Assembly: GCA_050575255.1 (NCBI GenBank)
Contig: JBNZDD010013595.1
Span: 117,846-181,845, forward strand
Length of the DNA stretch: 64,000 nucleotides
Source: Harriotta raleighana
Lineage: Eukaryota
Direction of reading: 5' to 3'
Of the stretch, positions 10,746 to 22,688 are shown piece after piece (positions within the stretch are counted from its first letter, which is position 1; every line of letters starts with the position of its first letter). The notes under the pieces were generated by a model. That model saw only the letters and a list, made by a program, of their open reading frames with translations, was not told the origin of the DNA and ran no database searches. The position numbers and the translations under genes are program-made.

Positions 10746-12435
10746 TAATTGTTCCTGGCTGACATCTGAATATTTTTATATCAGAACAAGAATTGGGGTA
10801 CAAAGTCCCAGCCAGATTTAGGTTTTGACATTTTCTTAGCATCTTGGAGATCATAACAAAAAACATGCTTAAAAATTTAAGAATTGTCTAAAGTTTGCTT
10901 TGCAAAGTTTGAAAGAAAGTATCTTAAGCCTAGAGCCAGGTAGAATTTTATCATTTGTTGGATGACCAAATTTGGTCAGAGCAAATATCATACGTTTGCA
11001 TTTTATTTTGCTCTGTCAAATTCCTAAGCTAACCTTGTCTGACTTCCTAACACATGTTCTTTCTTCTGCCTCTCCTAGAAATCCAGTTTCACAACAAAAT
11101 GCATCCACCCTCAGGCTCATAATGTGATATTGTCAGTCAGTGAAGGTCAAAAGCAGTCAGCTCGCTGCTTTTCCTATGATCCTAGCCTTGATCTTCAGCA
11201 AAATAAATTGAGTAAATTTATAGTGACATTTTAATGCTGGGAAACATCCTTTTATAATGCAATCTACAAAAGGGGAGAAAACAGAAAAAGAATAGCTGCA
11301 GTATAACAGTAATCTATTCTGGTGTTTGATGTATAGTGTTAAGGTGAGACATACTCTCCTCTCTTGTTTCCTTCAAGGCTTTTTGCAAGGGGCAAATTAT
11401 GTGTTGCCTAGAATTGGCTGATGAATGCAGTATACAAGACTGATTTTACACCACCCTGAATGGCTAGAGGAAATTAATTCTGCTTAGTTTTGTGGTGAAT
11501 AAAAACCTTTATTTTTTAAGCAGTGATTCAATGTACATTGTATGAATATTGACTCAGCATAGTAAGGGATTGCTGTGTCTCCAAATTATAACCTCTTTAA
11601 ATAAATAATATCAAAACACTGAAGTGGAGTTGAGTTCTTAGAAAGATGAATTCCTGCAATTGCATTTTTATCTGACTTGCTGAAATGACAAACAAGCTGA
11701 CCGTCCACCCACCATTTTCTCACACAGTGGCACTGCATAGCACATTAGCTGTTCATTACTTCCCTTCCTAAAGTTGGTTGTCTGATCTTCACATTCCTTC
11801 TGGTAAACATAATGTGATTTCAAACCTACGACTGCCAAGATAGCTTAATATCTTATGAATTATATTATTGATATTATTGCCTGACTCAGGTTACCCTTTT
11901 GAGTGGTAACATATATTCTTGTTTTATTTATTTTTCTCTACTATGTTTTTGGACATTCATAAAATTATAGATTCATCCTAGTAGACATTAATGGTCAGAT
12001 CCATAGACACTGTGTTTGGATTTATCTTTTTGTATCAATTTACTGCCAAAGGTATTTGGAACACAGGCTATTTGAGGGCATGGCAATAGCTGTTACCCTT
12101 GACTTAAATCTTTAGCCATGATAAAGCCTGAAGAAAGTGCTTACAATAATTTCTTAAACTATAATAATATATAATAATTCTTGCATTTGATACAGCGCTT
12201 TTGAGACGTTTCGAAGCACTTCACAGGACAGTCACTGTAAAGTGAATTCACTGTGTATCTCGTGGGCAAACTGTCCAACACATTCTCAGCAATCTGACTG
12301 AACCCAGGTTTAAGGTTTCAAATTGGCACAGTTACCCTCTGAAGTTGCCTTCCGCAGTGGAAGCAGCAATGATATAACTTAGTTCAGTCTGCTTGTTGAG
12401 CCTGACTGAAGAGGAGCTCATTTCTGTGACTTATT

Positions 12436-12672
12436 ACAACAAGGAAACTTTGTTTATATAGAGCATTTCATGTCGGGAGAACACCCCAAGACATTGGACA
12501 GTCAGTGTTTTGTACCTGAGCTGACATTGTGATCGGGGAGGTTGCAGGGAAGGGGGATAACTGTTGGTTTGGTCAATGAGGAGGCAGAACTTGAAGGAGG
12601 CTAGGGAGGGGGCAAGACGGAGGTATTGTGGGACGGAATTTCAGAGGTTGGGCAAAGTGGCTGAAAGCTCAC
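12436..12672 (-). mobile_element. Old L2 3' end
   Basis: acaacaa..tttatatagagcatttcatgtcgggaga..ccaagacattggacagtcag tail plus purine-rich ORF end. Confidence 0.65.
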
Positions 12673-12677
12673 CCGCA

Positions 12678-13157
12678 TCTTGTTTGACGCTGAACTCTCC
12701 TTTCTCTCCCCCATATTTGTGGCAGGACCAGCGCTGCCTTCTACCCCTTCCGTAACATTGCCCAACTCCACCACTGCTTCAAATCTCACGCTGCAAAACC
12801 TTGACGTACGTATTTGTCACCTCGAGGCTTGACTACTGAAACTCCGTCCAGGTCGGCCTGCCCAGTTCTTCCCTCCACAAGCTGCACACCATTCAAAACT
12901 CGCCCGGCTCCACTGGCTCCCCATCCCTCAGAGGATAGAACTCCCAAGATCCTTGTCCTAACTTTCAAGGCCTTCCACAGTCTTCCCCCCTTCTACCTCT
13001 CTGACCTGCTGACCCCCTATCAATCGGTGAGCTCCCTCCATTCATCAGGCCTAACCCATCCCATGTTCAGGTCCTGATCCCTGACTGTTCAGCGCCTTGG
13101 GACATCCCCCCAACTTGAAGGGCTCTCTATAATTGTAACTTTGCTGTTGTTTTTGTT
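12678..13157 (+). mobile_element. L2 ORF2 C-terminal fragment plus 3' tail, decayed
   Basis: Frameshifted [41 protein letters not shown], then ctgttcagcgccttgggacatcc..(ttg)n. Confidence 0.85.
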
Positions 13158-13700
13158 GAGACGCTGACAGGAGCCAATCAAGAGGGCCTTGGTCTTGTTG
13201 ACATTCAACTGTAGAAAGTTAGCTCTCATCCAGGCAGCTTCAAGAAAGTTGAGCTGAGAGGAGACATGGTGTGAGAGGAGAGAGTGGTCCACAGTGTCAA
13301 AGGCAGCAAAGACATCAAGGAGGAAAGGAGGCAGAAAGAGCCCTGATCGCATATATTCAGAATATCATTGGAAAGTTTGACCAGAGCTGTTTCTGTGCTG
13401 TGGGCAGCACGGAAGCCGGATTGGAGGGGTTCAAAGAGGGAAAGAAAAGAGCAAAGCAGATGTAACAAGCCTGGGTACTGGAGCTTGGAGAGGAATGTGA
13501 GGTTCGAGAGAGGAGGTAGCCGGAGAATAGGGATGGGCTCAGGGAAGGTTTTTTTCAGGATGTGAGTGATAACAGCTGCTTTTAGGGGTGTGGGAACAGT
13601 GCCAGTGGATAAGGAGAGGTTGATGATATCCGTTAGGAGAGAAGCCAGGAGGTGGAGCTGAGAGGTGAGGATAGAGGTAGGGATGGGTTCAAGGGAATAC
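13158..13700 (-). mobile_element. L2 reverse-transcriptase fragment with internal deletion
   Basis: IINLSLSTGTVPTPLKAAVI, QSGFRAAHSTETALVKLSND, LLDVFAAFDTVDH joined almost directly to AWMRANFLQLNVNKT; no YADD motif. Confidence 0.9.
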
Positions 13701-14350
13701 AATAAACATTTCCTGACATGTTATTGACACTAACAACTGGGTCTTTTCTAAATCCAAATGATCTATGTGCTATTTACTGTACATATATTTATTTTTGCGG
13801 TGTCTTAAAAATGCAAGGTTGTTATATTTCAGAGAACAGTCCACAAACAGTTATAAAAAGGAGCTATCTGTTCCATGCAACTTGCATTCTCCTCTCTCTA
13901 TATATTGCATTTTAAGACTATTACTCTGTCCTCAATTCTCTGCCACCTAAGAATCCAGAGATGTACAAACTGCAGACGAAAGCATCCACTACTTGTACAT
14001 GATCAACACCCAGAGGTGTGCTTTAGGAGGAAGAAGACTGTTGGTTTTTCATTGTATTTTTCCCCTCAAAGTGAGATCACTAGCCTCTCGTAATATCACA
14101 ATGAGGTTCTGAAGAAGACACATTTGGTTGCTTACTTGCATTGGATTATTCAATATTTTCTGAATACCTGTATAAATTTCTTAATTGAGCATCCAGGCTA
14201 GTACACTCCACGTCACCAAGCCATTCAGGAACCAAGGTGTCTTGTTTGCCATCTGGCGAACAAGACGTCACCCGATGTGGAGGGCGCTATATAAATCAAA
14301 GTTGTTGTTGTTCGATCCTCAACTGCTGTGTATTTTTCATGTAGAGTATA

Positions 14351-14908
14351 CAGTAAAACCTTGTTTATCCGCGATTCGATGAACTGTTCAACCGCCAACT
14401 CAAAAAAAAGTCCTGATTCGATGAACCGGAAGTTATCTGGCAAATAGTGATGACGTGTTTAATGAATCGACTGTCGCAAGCAAGTACTGGTGCAGGTACA
14501 GGTGGCTGGCTGCTGTGGGTCTAAACTCGCTCTTTCTCCTTTTAAAAGTAGCAATTTTTTTACCTCCTTCGGGTGAGGACTGTTGTTGCGAAATTAAGTA
14601 TAAATAATAAAGTACTAATACTGGTGCAGGTACTCGCAGCTGGCCGCTAGTTGGGTCTAAACACACCTGCTCCTTTTAAAAGTTGCGTTTTTTTTACCTC
14701 CGTCGTGTGAGGGATGCCGTTGCGAAGTTAAGTATAAATAATAAAGTACTGATACAATATTCTGTTATTATTTAGTCTATTATTAATTTGGTATGTGTTA
14801 AAATAATGTAGAATTTTAGAAAAAAATATTTTAAAAATAGTTCAGCCGGAAAACTGTTTAACCGCCACTGGCCAGGTCTCCTGGGTGCCGGATAAACAGG
14901 GTTTTACT
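14351..14908. mobile_element. Tigger/pogo-like MITE with internal 134-bp tandem duplication
   Basis: TA|cagtaaaaccttgtttatccg ... cggataaacagggttttact|TA; units start at 14485 and 14619. Confidence 0.85.
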
Positions 14909-15555
14909 TACTCTGAAATACCATTCTGCGTGAAGGGCGCTATATAAGTGCAAGTTGTTGGTGTTGTTGAGTATTATTCAGGTAGGGTCAAACTGACCTG
15001 AACACATGGAAATTGACTTTGTTTAAGAATGCAGGTAAATGGTATATTAATCAGAGTGGTTGAGGGGTTGGGAAGTCTCAACAGATTTTCACCGACCCTG
15101 GCACATGCAGACAATATGTACTATTTCTCGCAAGCCCAGAGATGTGCAAGGCAGCTGGGTTGATGATTGGTGTCTTGCAGCTTTTCTTTGTGCCACTCTT
15201 TCCACACCTTTTGCTCACCACGCATGACATTGAGCTCAGTGTCTTTTGAAGATAAATGTATGGGATGATGGCTGTGAGTCACTGAGACCTCATCTTATCC
15301 ATGTGTCTAAGTCTCAGGTTTCCTTTGTTCTCCTCAGCACCGTGAGGTTTATTTGCTGCAGTTCAGTGTGAAGAGTATTGGAATACTTGATGTAAAAATC
15401 ACTCCCGATTATAACCTTTGTGATGCTTCTGCTTGTCTTCATTGATAGAGTTCCCCCTTAACATGTCTAGAATGACAATTGAGTCCACAATTTTAGCTGT
15501 TTAGTAAGGAATTCTAGGAGGCAGGGAAACAATGTCAAAGATCCTTTATGTAAAT

Positions 15556-16172
15556 ACAACAACAAAATTACATTTATAGAGCGCCTTTCACATCGAGAGG
15601 TCATCTCCAGGCGCTGAACAGTCAGGTCAGGACCTGAGTAAAGGGGAGGGGCAGCTTAGGGGGAGGGAGGGAGAGTGTTAGGGAAGAGAGAGAGTTGGGA
15701 GAGCAGCAGAAGGTACGATCGAAGAGGAGCGTCTTCAGAAGTGAGGAGAAGGGACTGGGGGATGGAGTTCCAGAGTGTGGGGGCAGAGAGGCAGAAAGCC
15801 TGATCACCCTTGATAGGGCGAGTCAGGAGGAGGACATGGAGCAGACCGGAGGCCACTGAATGGAGGGGGGTGGCAGGTTCATAGGGAGTCAGCAGGTCAG
15901 AGAGATAGGAGAGGGCAAGGCCATGAGTGGCGTTGAAAGTGAGGATGAGTATCTTAAATTTGATCCTCTGGGGGATAGGAAGCCAACGGAGCCGGACAAG
16001 GATGGGAGTGATGTGGTCGCGGAGCTTGGTGCAGGAGAGAACATGAGCTGCAGAGTTCTGGATGATCTGCAGCATGTGGATGGAAGAACCGGAAAGGCCG
16101 ACATGGTCAAACCTTGATGTGACAAATGCATCGACAAGGTTTTCAGCAATCTTGAGGGGTGAGACAGTGGTG
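15556..16172 (-). mobile_element. L2 ORF2 C-terminus plus tail (type A), 5'-truncated
   Basis: AFVTSRFD..LQIIQNSAAHVL..DHITPILVRLRWLPIPQRIKFKILILTF..AFCLSAPTLWNSIP; (ttg)n tail. Confidence 0.92.
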
Positions 16173-16349
16173 GTATATAGTGTCAATATATGAGAGACAA
16201 ATAAAAAATAATCCTAGCATTTGATATATACTTTTCATGTTGGGAGGATGTCTCGATGTGTTTCATGTGCTTTACTACAAAGCTTGATTTTGTAGGCAGG
16301 TTGCGCAGAGCAATGTTTTTCAAACAGCCATAAATTGAGTGATTAATTA

Positions 16350-16590
16350 TGTGGTTTTAGCTGGTTGTACTCCTGCATTATCCTCGCACATACTCTGGGG
16401 TCCCGAAGTCTTGGCTTTTGCCAACCTTTGCCACTACTTCCTGGGATTATAGTGCATATTCCATTCCAATAAACATCTGTGGAATTTCCATGTATAGCTG
16501 GAATGCATGGAACTCTGTTTGGTTTGGATACACTTAAACATAGTGATGGGTATCTGCATATGTCAGACACCCGGCTAACCCCCCCTAAAA
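16350..16590 (+). repeat. Unclassified repeat family X, copy linking the left and right parts
   Basis: ggttttagctgg..ggtcccgaagtcttg (left part), then agtgcatattccattcc..tgcatggaactct..ggtttggatac..gtgatggg..tgtcagacacccggct (right part). Confidence 0.7.
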
Positions 16591-17369
16591 ATACACTTTG
16601 CATTAATCCATTTGAAGCCCTTTCAGACGTCCCAGCATTGTGGTACAGCGCTTTTATCAAATGCAAGGATTATTATCTAACAGAGAAATATTAAATAGTT
16701 AAAAAGGCAGCATTGTAAATAAGTGTTGCACCACAAATATTGAAACATATTTTCAGACATCTATCAGCCTCTGCATTTCTGGTTTCATTTTAAAATTTCC
16801 AACATGCAGCTGTTTTTTTTTCGTCTGTATTTCTCTTAATGTCTATGTAATTGCTTGAAGCAATACAGGTGTAATTTTGTTGTTGTTGTGAAGTGCACAA
16901 GCTAAGTTGCCTGGTGATGGATGGAGAATGCTGTGTTGGATCTGTAAATGTGGGACAAAAATCACCAAAATATTATTTCAATCATTTGAAGTGAACTTTA
17001 GAAAGACCATTACAAAGACTAGAGTAATCGCTAAATTCCAATTTTAATTTTTGGCATGAATTCTCTTCTGTTCAGCCTAGAAAAATATGTTTTAAAAATG
17101 ATACAGGCAAAGGGAATTTGAAGAGAAAAAGAGAAAACACTCCAGGATTGTGCAAATGAAAAAATATCCTTACATAAGCACAGATGTCTAGAAATCAAGA
17201 CCAAGCAATTTTCATGCATATTTATACCAACCTGCCTGCTACCGTTTCACACAAACAACACAATCAATTCGCTTTGCAATACATTCTGTGAAGCTCTTTG
17301 AGACTATATCAAATGTAAGTATTATTACAATAACAACTTTGATTTATATAGTGCCCTCCACGCCGGACG

Positions 17370-17572
17370 ATAATAATCCTTGCATTTGATATAGCGCTTT
17401 TCACATCTTATCGACGTCCCAAAGCGCTTCACAGAATATACTGTAAAGTGAATTGACTGTATATTTGTGGGCAGAACGCGGCAGCCAATTGCGCACAGCA
17501 GTGTCCCACAAACAGTCATGGATTGAAATGACCAATTTTATTATTGTGGTTTTTTTGGAGGGATTATTATTG
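17370..17572 (-). mobile_element. Family S1 SINE, 5'-truncated; adjacent L2 type-B tail (17326-17369, -) and S1 tail (17250-17325, +)
   Basis: Near-identical to 41741-41942. Confidence 0.9.
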
Positions 17573-19097
17573 ATGTCTCAGAGCACATATAATTATTATG
17601 ACAATTATATTCACAATAAATAACATTGGAATGGAGTCAGCTTGAATTTTTTGAATACTTCAGTACTTTGGAGTACTGTACTACTACGATGAAGAAAATA
17701 AACAATTTTTCTCCCCAGGACTGCACTGAGAGTGTCAGTCAGGACTGTGATCTTAAGGCCCAATGTGGAGCTTGAACTCACAACTTTCTGACTGAGAGTG
17801 GAGATTACCAGCACCTGATAGATAACCTGATAACCTAATAAAGATTTGTCCATTTACCAGGTATAATTCTATACAGAATTTATAATTCTTTGTTGAAACA
17901 GTTTTCAAATACTGAGCTTCGATCCAGTTATCCAGATGTTGAATGACAAATACTGGAATACTGATGTGTATCTTTAGCATGAATTGCTCCACTCTTGAAG
18001 TATAAATGTAAGTGGATCACATTGCCATATAAGGATGTGATATTTGTGCTGTTTGATTTATTCATCGTTTAAGTTTGGGCCAATTTTGAAAAACGTTCAA
18101 GTGAAGTCAACAGTGCTGTGTTTAAGATGTCTGCAGTGCAGGAAGTAAGCAGACTTTTTGGTTTCAGTGCATTGATTTTGCTAGATTTGTCTTGTATGCT
18201 TAGGCTAGAATAGCCTAGCGAAAATACTGTGAAGTCTGACAAATGGAACAAGGAGCTGTGCAGTGCAGGATTTATTCCTTGTTTGTGGAGAACCTGATGA
18301 ATTCCAAGTGATTGTGCAAGGACATGCCATGTGAGATCAACAAATTCTGTGTTCTGTGGCTCTCATTGAGTGCTCTGCTCATGTAAAGAATGTGTGCAGC
18401 ACTGACCTTTAGCTTTAAATACGCTGTAACCGCGCACACTTTCAGAAATGTAAAGAGCACAGAGGGTAATTTAATACTATTGAATGGGTCAATTGATTTG
18501 AAAAGGTTAAATGCGCCAGATAAATTGCTTCAGGTGTACAGAAGCTTTCTTTCCTCCTCTCCTCTATAGAGCAGGGACATTCAGTGCTGCCATTCCTTGT
18601 TTGTTAAAATGCCACAAGTGTAATGTTTCCAGCATAGCGGTAAAAACAGCAAGGTGTAACGCAATAATGGTTCCTCAAGTCTTTGCTCTTGCTGACCTGC
18701 GCATAATAATTTCCAGAGATAGGTGAGTGGGCAGAGAGTGTGCATTTCATTATAGATGAAGGGAAATTTTCCAACCACATGTAGTTTGGTTTGGAGACTC
18801 TTAATTGTGATGATGGGTTTCCGCATGTGTCACATACACCAGCTGACCAAGAATATCACATTGCCGATGATACAATGGAGACAATCAATAATATAATTAG
18901 TTATAAGTGGGGCACTGCCTCCCCTTCCCTCTCCCACCCTTGAGTTTTCCACCATTATATAGTACAAAGCTGTATTTTCTATAACTTTATATTCTCAAGC
19001 TTCCACCCATATGCCTGTTGGCACAATGTGGGACCTTTATCACCTCATTTATGCTGAATTTGAGGGTAATTTTAGTGTTATAATAAGGACACCTTGT

Positions 19098-19408
19098 GTA
19101 GAATCCTGTAGTTCAGTGGTTAGTGCAGTCGCCTTGCAAGCTAGAGATCTTGGTTCAATTCCAGGCAGGGCGAAACCTTGGCCAAGTTTCCTTACACTCT
19201 ATGCCTGATAATAATCCCTCGAAAAAAACAATAACAAATTGGTCATTTCAATCCACAACTGTTTGTGGGACACTACTGTGTGCAAATGGTTGTCACGTTT
19301 CACCCACAAATATACAGACAATTCAATTTACATTATATTCTGTGAAGCGCTTTGAGACTTTTAGAAGGCATAAAAAGTGCTGTATCAAATGCAAGGATTA
19401 TTATTATT
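19098..19408 (+). mobile_element. Family S1 SINE, full length
   Basis: A box tagttcagtgg, B box ggttcaattcc, gggcgaaaccttggccaagtttccttac body and (tta)n tail. Confidence 0.9.
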
Positions 19409-19522
19409 TGATATAGAGCTTTTCACATCTTCCAGACATCCCAAAGTGCTTCATAGAATATACTGTCAAGTGAATTGACTGTATACTTGTAGGCAAAATG
19501 CGGCAGCCAATTGCGCACAGCA
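19405..19522 (-). mobile_element. Family S1 SINE 3' fragment, tail-to-tail with the previous copy
   Basis: atttgatatagagcttttcacatc..gcggcagccaattgcgcacagca. Confidence 0.85.
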
Positions 19523-19584
19523 ATTCAAAGCTGATTCTGATAAAAGCACCTTTTATTTATAGTTTCACACTTAAGCAGGCTTGT

Positions 19585-19722
19585 TGCACCTCCAATAATG
19601 CAATGTTCCTCCCAGGACTGTGCAGGGGCATCAGCCTAGACTGGGAATTCAAAAGTCCCAACATGGGGCTTGAACCCATAACCTTCTGACTCAGAGGTGA
19701 GAGTACTACCAGCTCAGCCAGG
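19585..19722 (-). mobile_element. Deu-domain SINE 5' half (tRNA head)
   Basis: gcacctccaataatgca..ggggcttgaacccataaccttctgactcagaggtgagagtactacc is the reverse complement of the SacSINE1-like head; a similar head lies at 17705-17820. Confidence 0.75.
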
Positions 19723-20234
19723 CTGTCACCTGTCCACCTGATGTGAAACGGCCTATTATGTACAGATAATTATTATTAATTAACCTTTCTGACATCTTCA
19801 CTTTTTAAATCTGATTTCATCTCCTATCAATTCCCAATTTGTGAGGACATAGTTTATGTTTGCTCACTCTGAAATTGCTGTCAGAGCCTAAAGGTTGCCA
19901 TTCATAAGTATTTTTAGATCTGAAAACTTATCATAGCATCTGGTATATCCAGTATTTGACCCAGATATTTGTGTTATCGTATATCTTGTCACAAGAGCCA
20001 AAATAATCAGACATGGTTAGTGCAGCTGGTACAAGCAAAATCTGTTTTAGAATTCCCAGAATATTCCAACGCAAGCCGGAATACGAGTACAAATTTCTGG
20101 CCTCACCACCCTTACTGGCATCCTGTTCCAGTCATTAATTGCCTTCTGGGGAAACAAATATTTCCTGGTGTCTGTCTTGAAATTGCCGTTTGCAACACTA
20201 AACCTTATTCAGTTGTCTTGTGTCCAAAAGTATT

Positions 20235-20589
20235 CGCCGACAAGGCCATCTCTGACCACCATTTAATCTCCCTCAACTCCTCTATCCCTCTCTCTATTCC
20301 CTCCAAACCTATCTACATCTTCTACCGCCCATGCAAGGAGATCTCCACACAATCACTCTCCACTGCCTTGGAATCGTCTGAACTTCTTCCCCTCTTGCCC
20401 ATCTCCCACAACAACCCATCTTTTGCACATACTCTCCTCCATAACACCGTCTCCACTACACTTGACCCCCTTGCCCCACTACCTCCCAAATGGCCTCCTA
20501 TTCTTGAAATTTACCCTGGTTCACCACCACCTCCATTCGCTCAAGGACCAGTTGCGGGCCACCGAGCACACTTGACTCATATCTGGCCT
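20235..20589 (+). mobile_element. L2 ORF2 endonuclease end and linker (left piece of the nest host)
   Basis: DKAISDHHLI (APE endonuclease SDH motif) followed by TLDPLAPL. Confidence 0.8.
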
Positions 20590-21497
20590 AACAACAACAA
20601 CAACAGCAACAAAATTGCACTTGTGTAGCACCTTTCACGTCAGGAGGACATCCCAAAGCGCTGAACAGTCAGGTTGGGATCCGAGGAGGGTGCGGGGGTG
20701 GGGTGGGCGGGGTGGAGGGAGGGGAAAGGAGAGTGGGAGAGGGGGAGCCGAAGGTGCGGTCGAAGAAGAAGGTCTTGAGACCGACCTTGTAGGAGGAAAG
20801 GGAGGAAGCAAAGTGGAGGGACTGGGATGGAGTTCCAAAATGTGGGGGCAGAGAGGTTGAAAGCCTGGCCACTGATGGTTGGGTGGTTAGGGCAGTGGAT
20901 GCGGAGAAGGGCTGAGTCTGCTGAACGGAAGGTGCGGGCAGGCTGGTAGAGAGACAGCAGGTCAGAGAGATAGGCAGAGCCAAGGCCGTGAATGGCCTTG
21001 AAAGTGAGGACGAGGATCTTGAATTCGATCCTCTGGGGGATGGGGAGCCGTGGAGACAAGAGAAGGTGGGAGTGATGTGATCACAACGCCTGGTGCGGGA
21101 GAGTACACAAGCTACAGAATTCTGAATGATCTGCAGCCTATGAAGGAAGGAGTTGGGAAGGCTGATGAGGAGAGAGTTCCCGTAGTCAAGCCTGGAAGTG
21201 ATAAAGGCGTGAATGAGGGTATCGGCAGCATGGGGGGTGAGGCAGTGGCGGAGCCTGGCAATATTGCGAAAGTGGTGGAAGGCTGTGCTGATCATGGAGC
21301 GGATGTGGGGGAGGAAGGATAGTTTGAGGTTGAACAAGATGCCCAGATTCCTGACTAGCTTTGAGAGGTGGCGAGAGCAGCCTTGGACGGTGATGTTGTG
21401 AGCACCTGAGGTGCGGAGGCGCTGGCGTGAGTCAATCAGGAGGGCTTCCGTCTTGTTGACGTTGAGCTGTAGGAAGTTTACCCTCGTCCAGGACTCC
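20590..21497 (-). mobile_element. L2 type A, 5'-truncated, inserted into another L2
   Basis: NFLQLNVNKTEALLI..VRNLGILF..FRNIARLRHCL..LIHAFITSRLDYGNSLL..; tail with (gtt)n at 20590. Confidence 0.95.
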
Positions 21498-21522
21498 GCC
21501 CTCCCTGCCATGCCTTGCAGAT

Positions 21523-22688
21523 TCTAATGGTCTACCGGCATATCTGGTTAGACCACATTAATACTTACCACTCCACTCTGGCCTCTACCAAATCGTCCTT
21601 CTACTTTAGGATAATCCTGCAGGCACAGGGCAACCCAAGGCTCCTCTTCTTCACCACAAACTGGTTCTCTGCGCTCCCTGCCATGCCTCGTAGATTCTTT
21701 CCCCTAATTCTCACTGTGAGGAGCTGCTGGATTGCCACGAGTCGAAAATCGAGGGAATCCGCTCAGCTGTCATCGCACCTTGTCCACGCGTTTGTCGCAT
21801 CAAAGCTTGATTATGGAACCTTCTCCCTCTTTGACCTCCCAGGTCTTCCTTTTACAAGCTGCAGATCATCCAAAGTTCTGCAGCTCATGCCCTCTCCTGT
21901 ACCAGGCTCCGCAACCACATCACTCCCACCCTCACCCAGCTCCATTGGCTCATGTACCCGAGATGATTGAAATCAAGATCCTCATCCTCACTTTTAAGGC
22001 CATCCACAGCCTTGCCCTTTACCTCTCCAATCTACTTACTCCCTACAGCCTTCCCTATCCCTCTGTTCAACAGGCTCCGGTCTGCTCCATGTCTCCTGCC
22101 CGATTCGCCCTACCATCGGTGACTGGGCTTTCAGCCTTTCTACCCCCACACGTGAGACCCAAGTTCAAATCCAGGCAGATCAGGCCGAAACCTTGGGCAA
22201 GTTTCCTTACTCCACATGCCTAATAATAATCCCTCCAAAAAAACACAATAATAAAAATGGTCATTTTCAATCGACGACTGTTTGTGGGACGCTGCTGTGC
22301 GCAATTGGCTGCCGCGTTTCACCCACAAATATACAGTCAAATCATTTTACAGTATATTCTGTGAAGTGCTTTGAGATGTTGTTAAGATGTGAAAAGCGCG
22401 ATATCAAATGCAAGGATTATTATTATTATTATATAGTCTGGTACTCCATCCCATAGTCCCTTTGCCTCACTTCCTCCCTTGCCTCCTTCAAGGCCTGTCT
22501 CAAGACTGTCCTTTTCGATCATGCCTTCTGCTGCCTTCCTCTAACCTGCCTTTCCTCCCTACCCTGCCTCTCCCCCCTACCCTGTCCCTCCCCCATGCTC
22601 AGGTTCCAGTCGCTGATTATTCAGCACCTTGGGACGTCCTCCGAAAGTGAAAGGCACCCAACATATGTAATTTTGTTGTTGTTATTGT
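21523..22688 (+). mobile_element. Continuation of the host L2 (RT domain deleted at ~21770), interrupted by an S1 SINE
   Basis: VYRHIWLDH..GNPRLLF..KIEGIRSA joined to HLVHAFVASKLDY; the ORF end and tail resume at 22437. Confidence 0.85.
22151..22432 (+). mobile_element. Family S1 SINE lacking the A box, inserted in L2
   Basis: gttcaaatccaggcagatcaggccgaaaccttgggcaag..(tta)n; the L2 sequence cccccaca|tctggtactcc is split by it. Confidence 0.92.

Noticed and set aside
17325-17519. Recurrent peptide TVCGTLLCAIGCRV..KRYIKCKDYY in many ORFs, resembling a Cys-rich gene family
   Set aside because: It is the translation of the S1 SINE; copies carry frameshifts and lack consistent starts
19969-20628. 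219-aa ORF
   Set aside because: Chance read-through from unique DNA into an L2 endonuclease/linker fragment
20669-21511. Longest ORF (280 aa)
   Set aside because: Decayed, frameshifted L2 ORF2 C-terminus; neither a host gene nor an intact element
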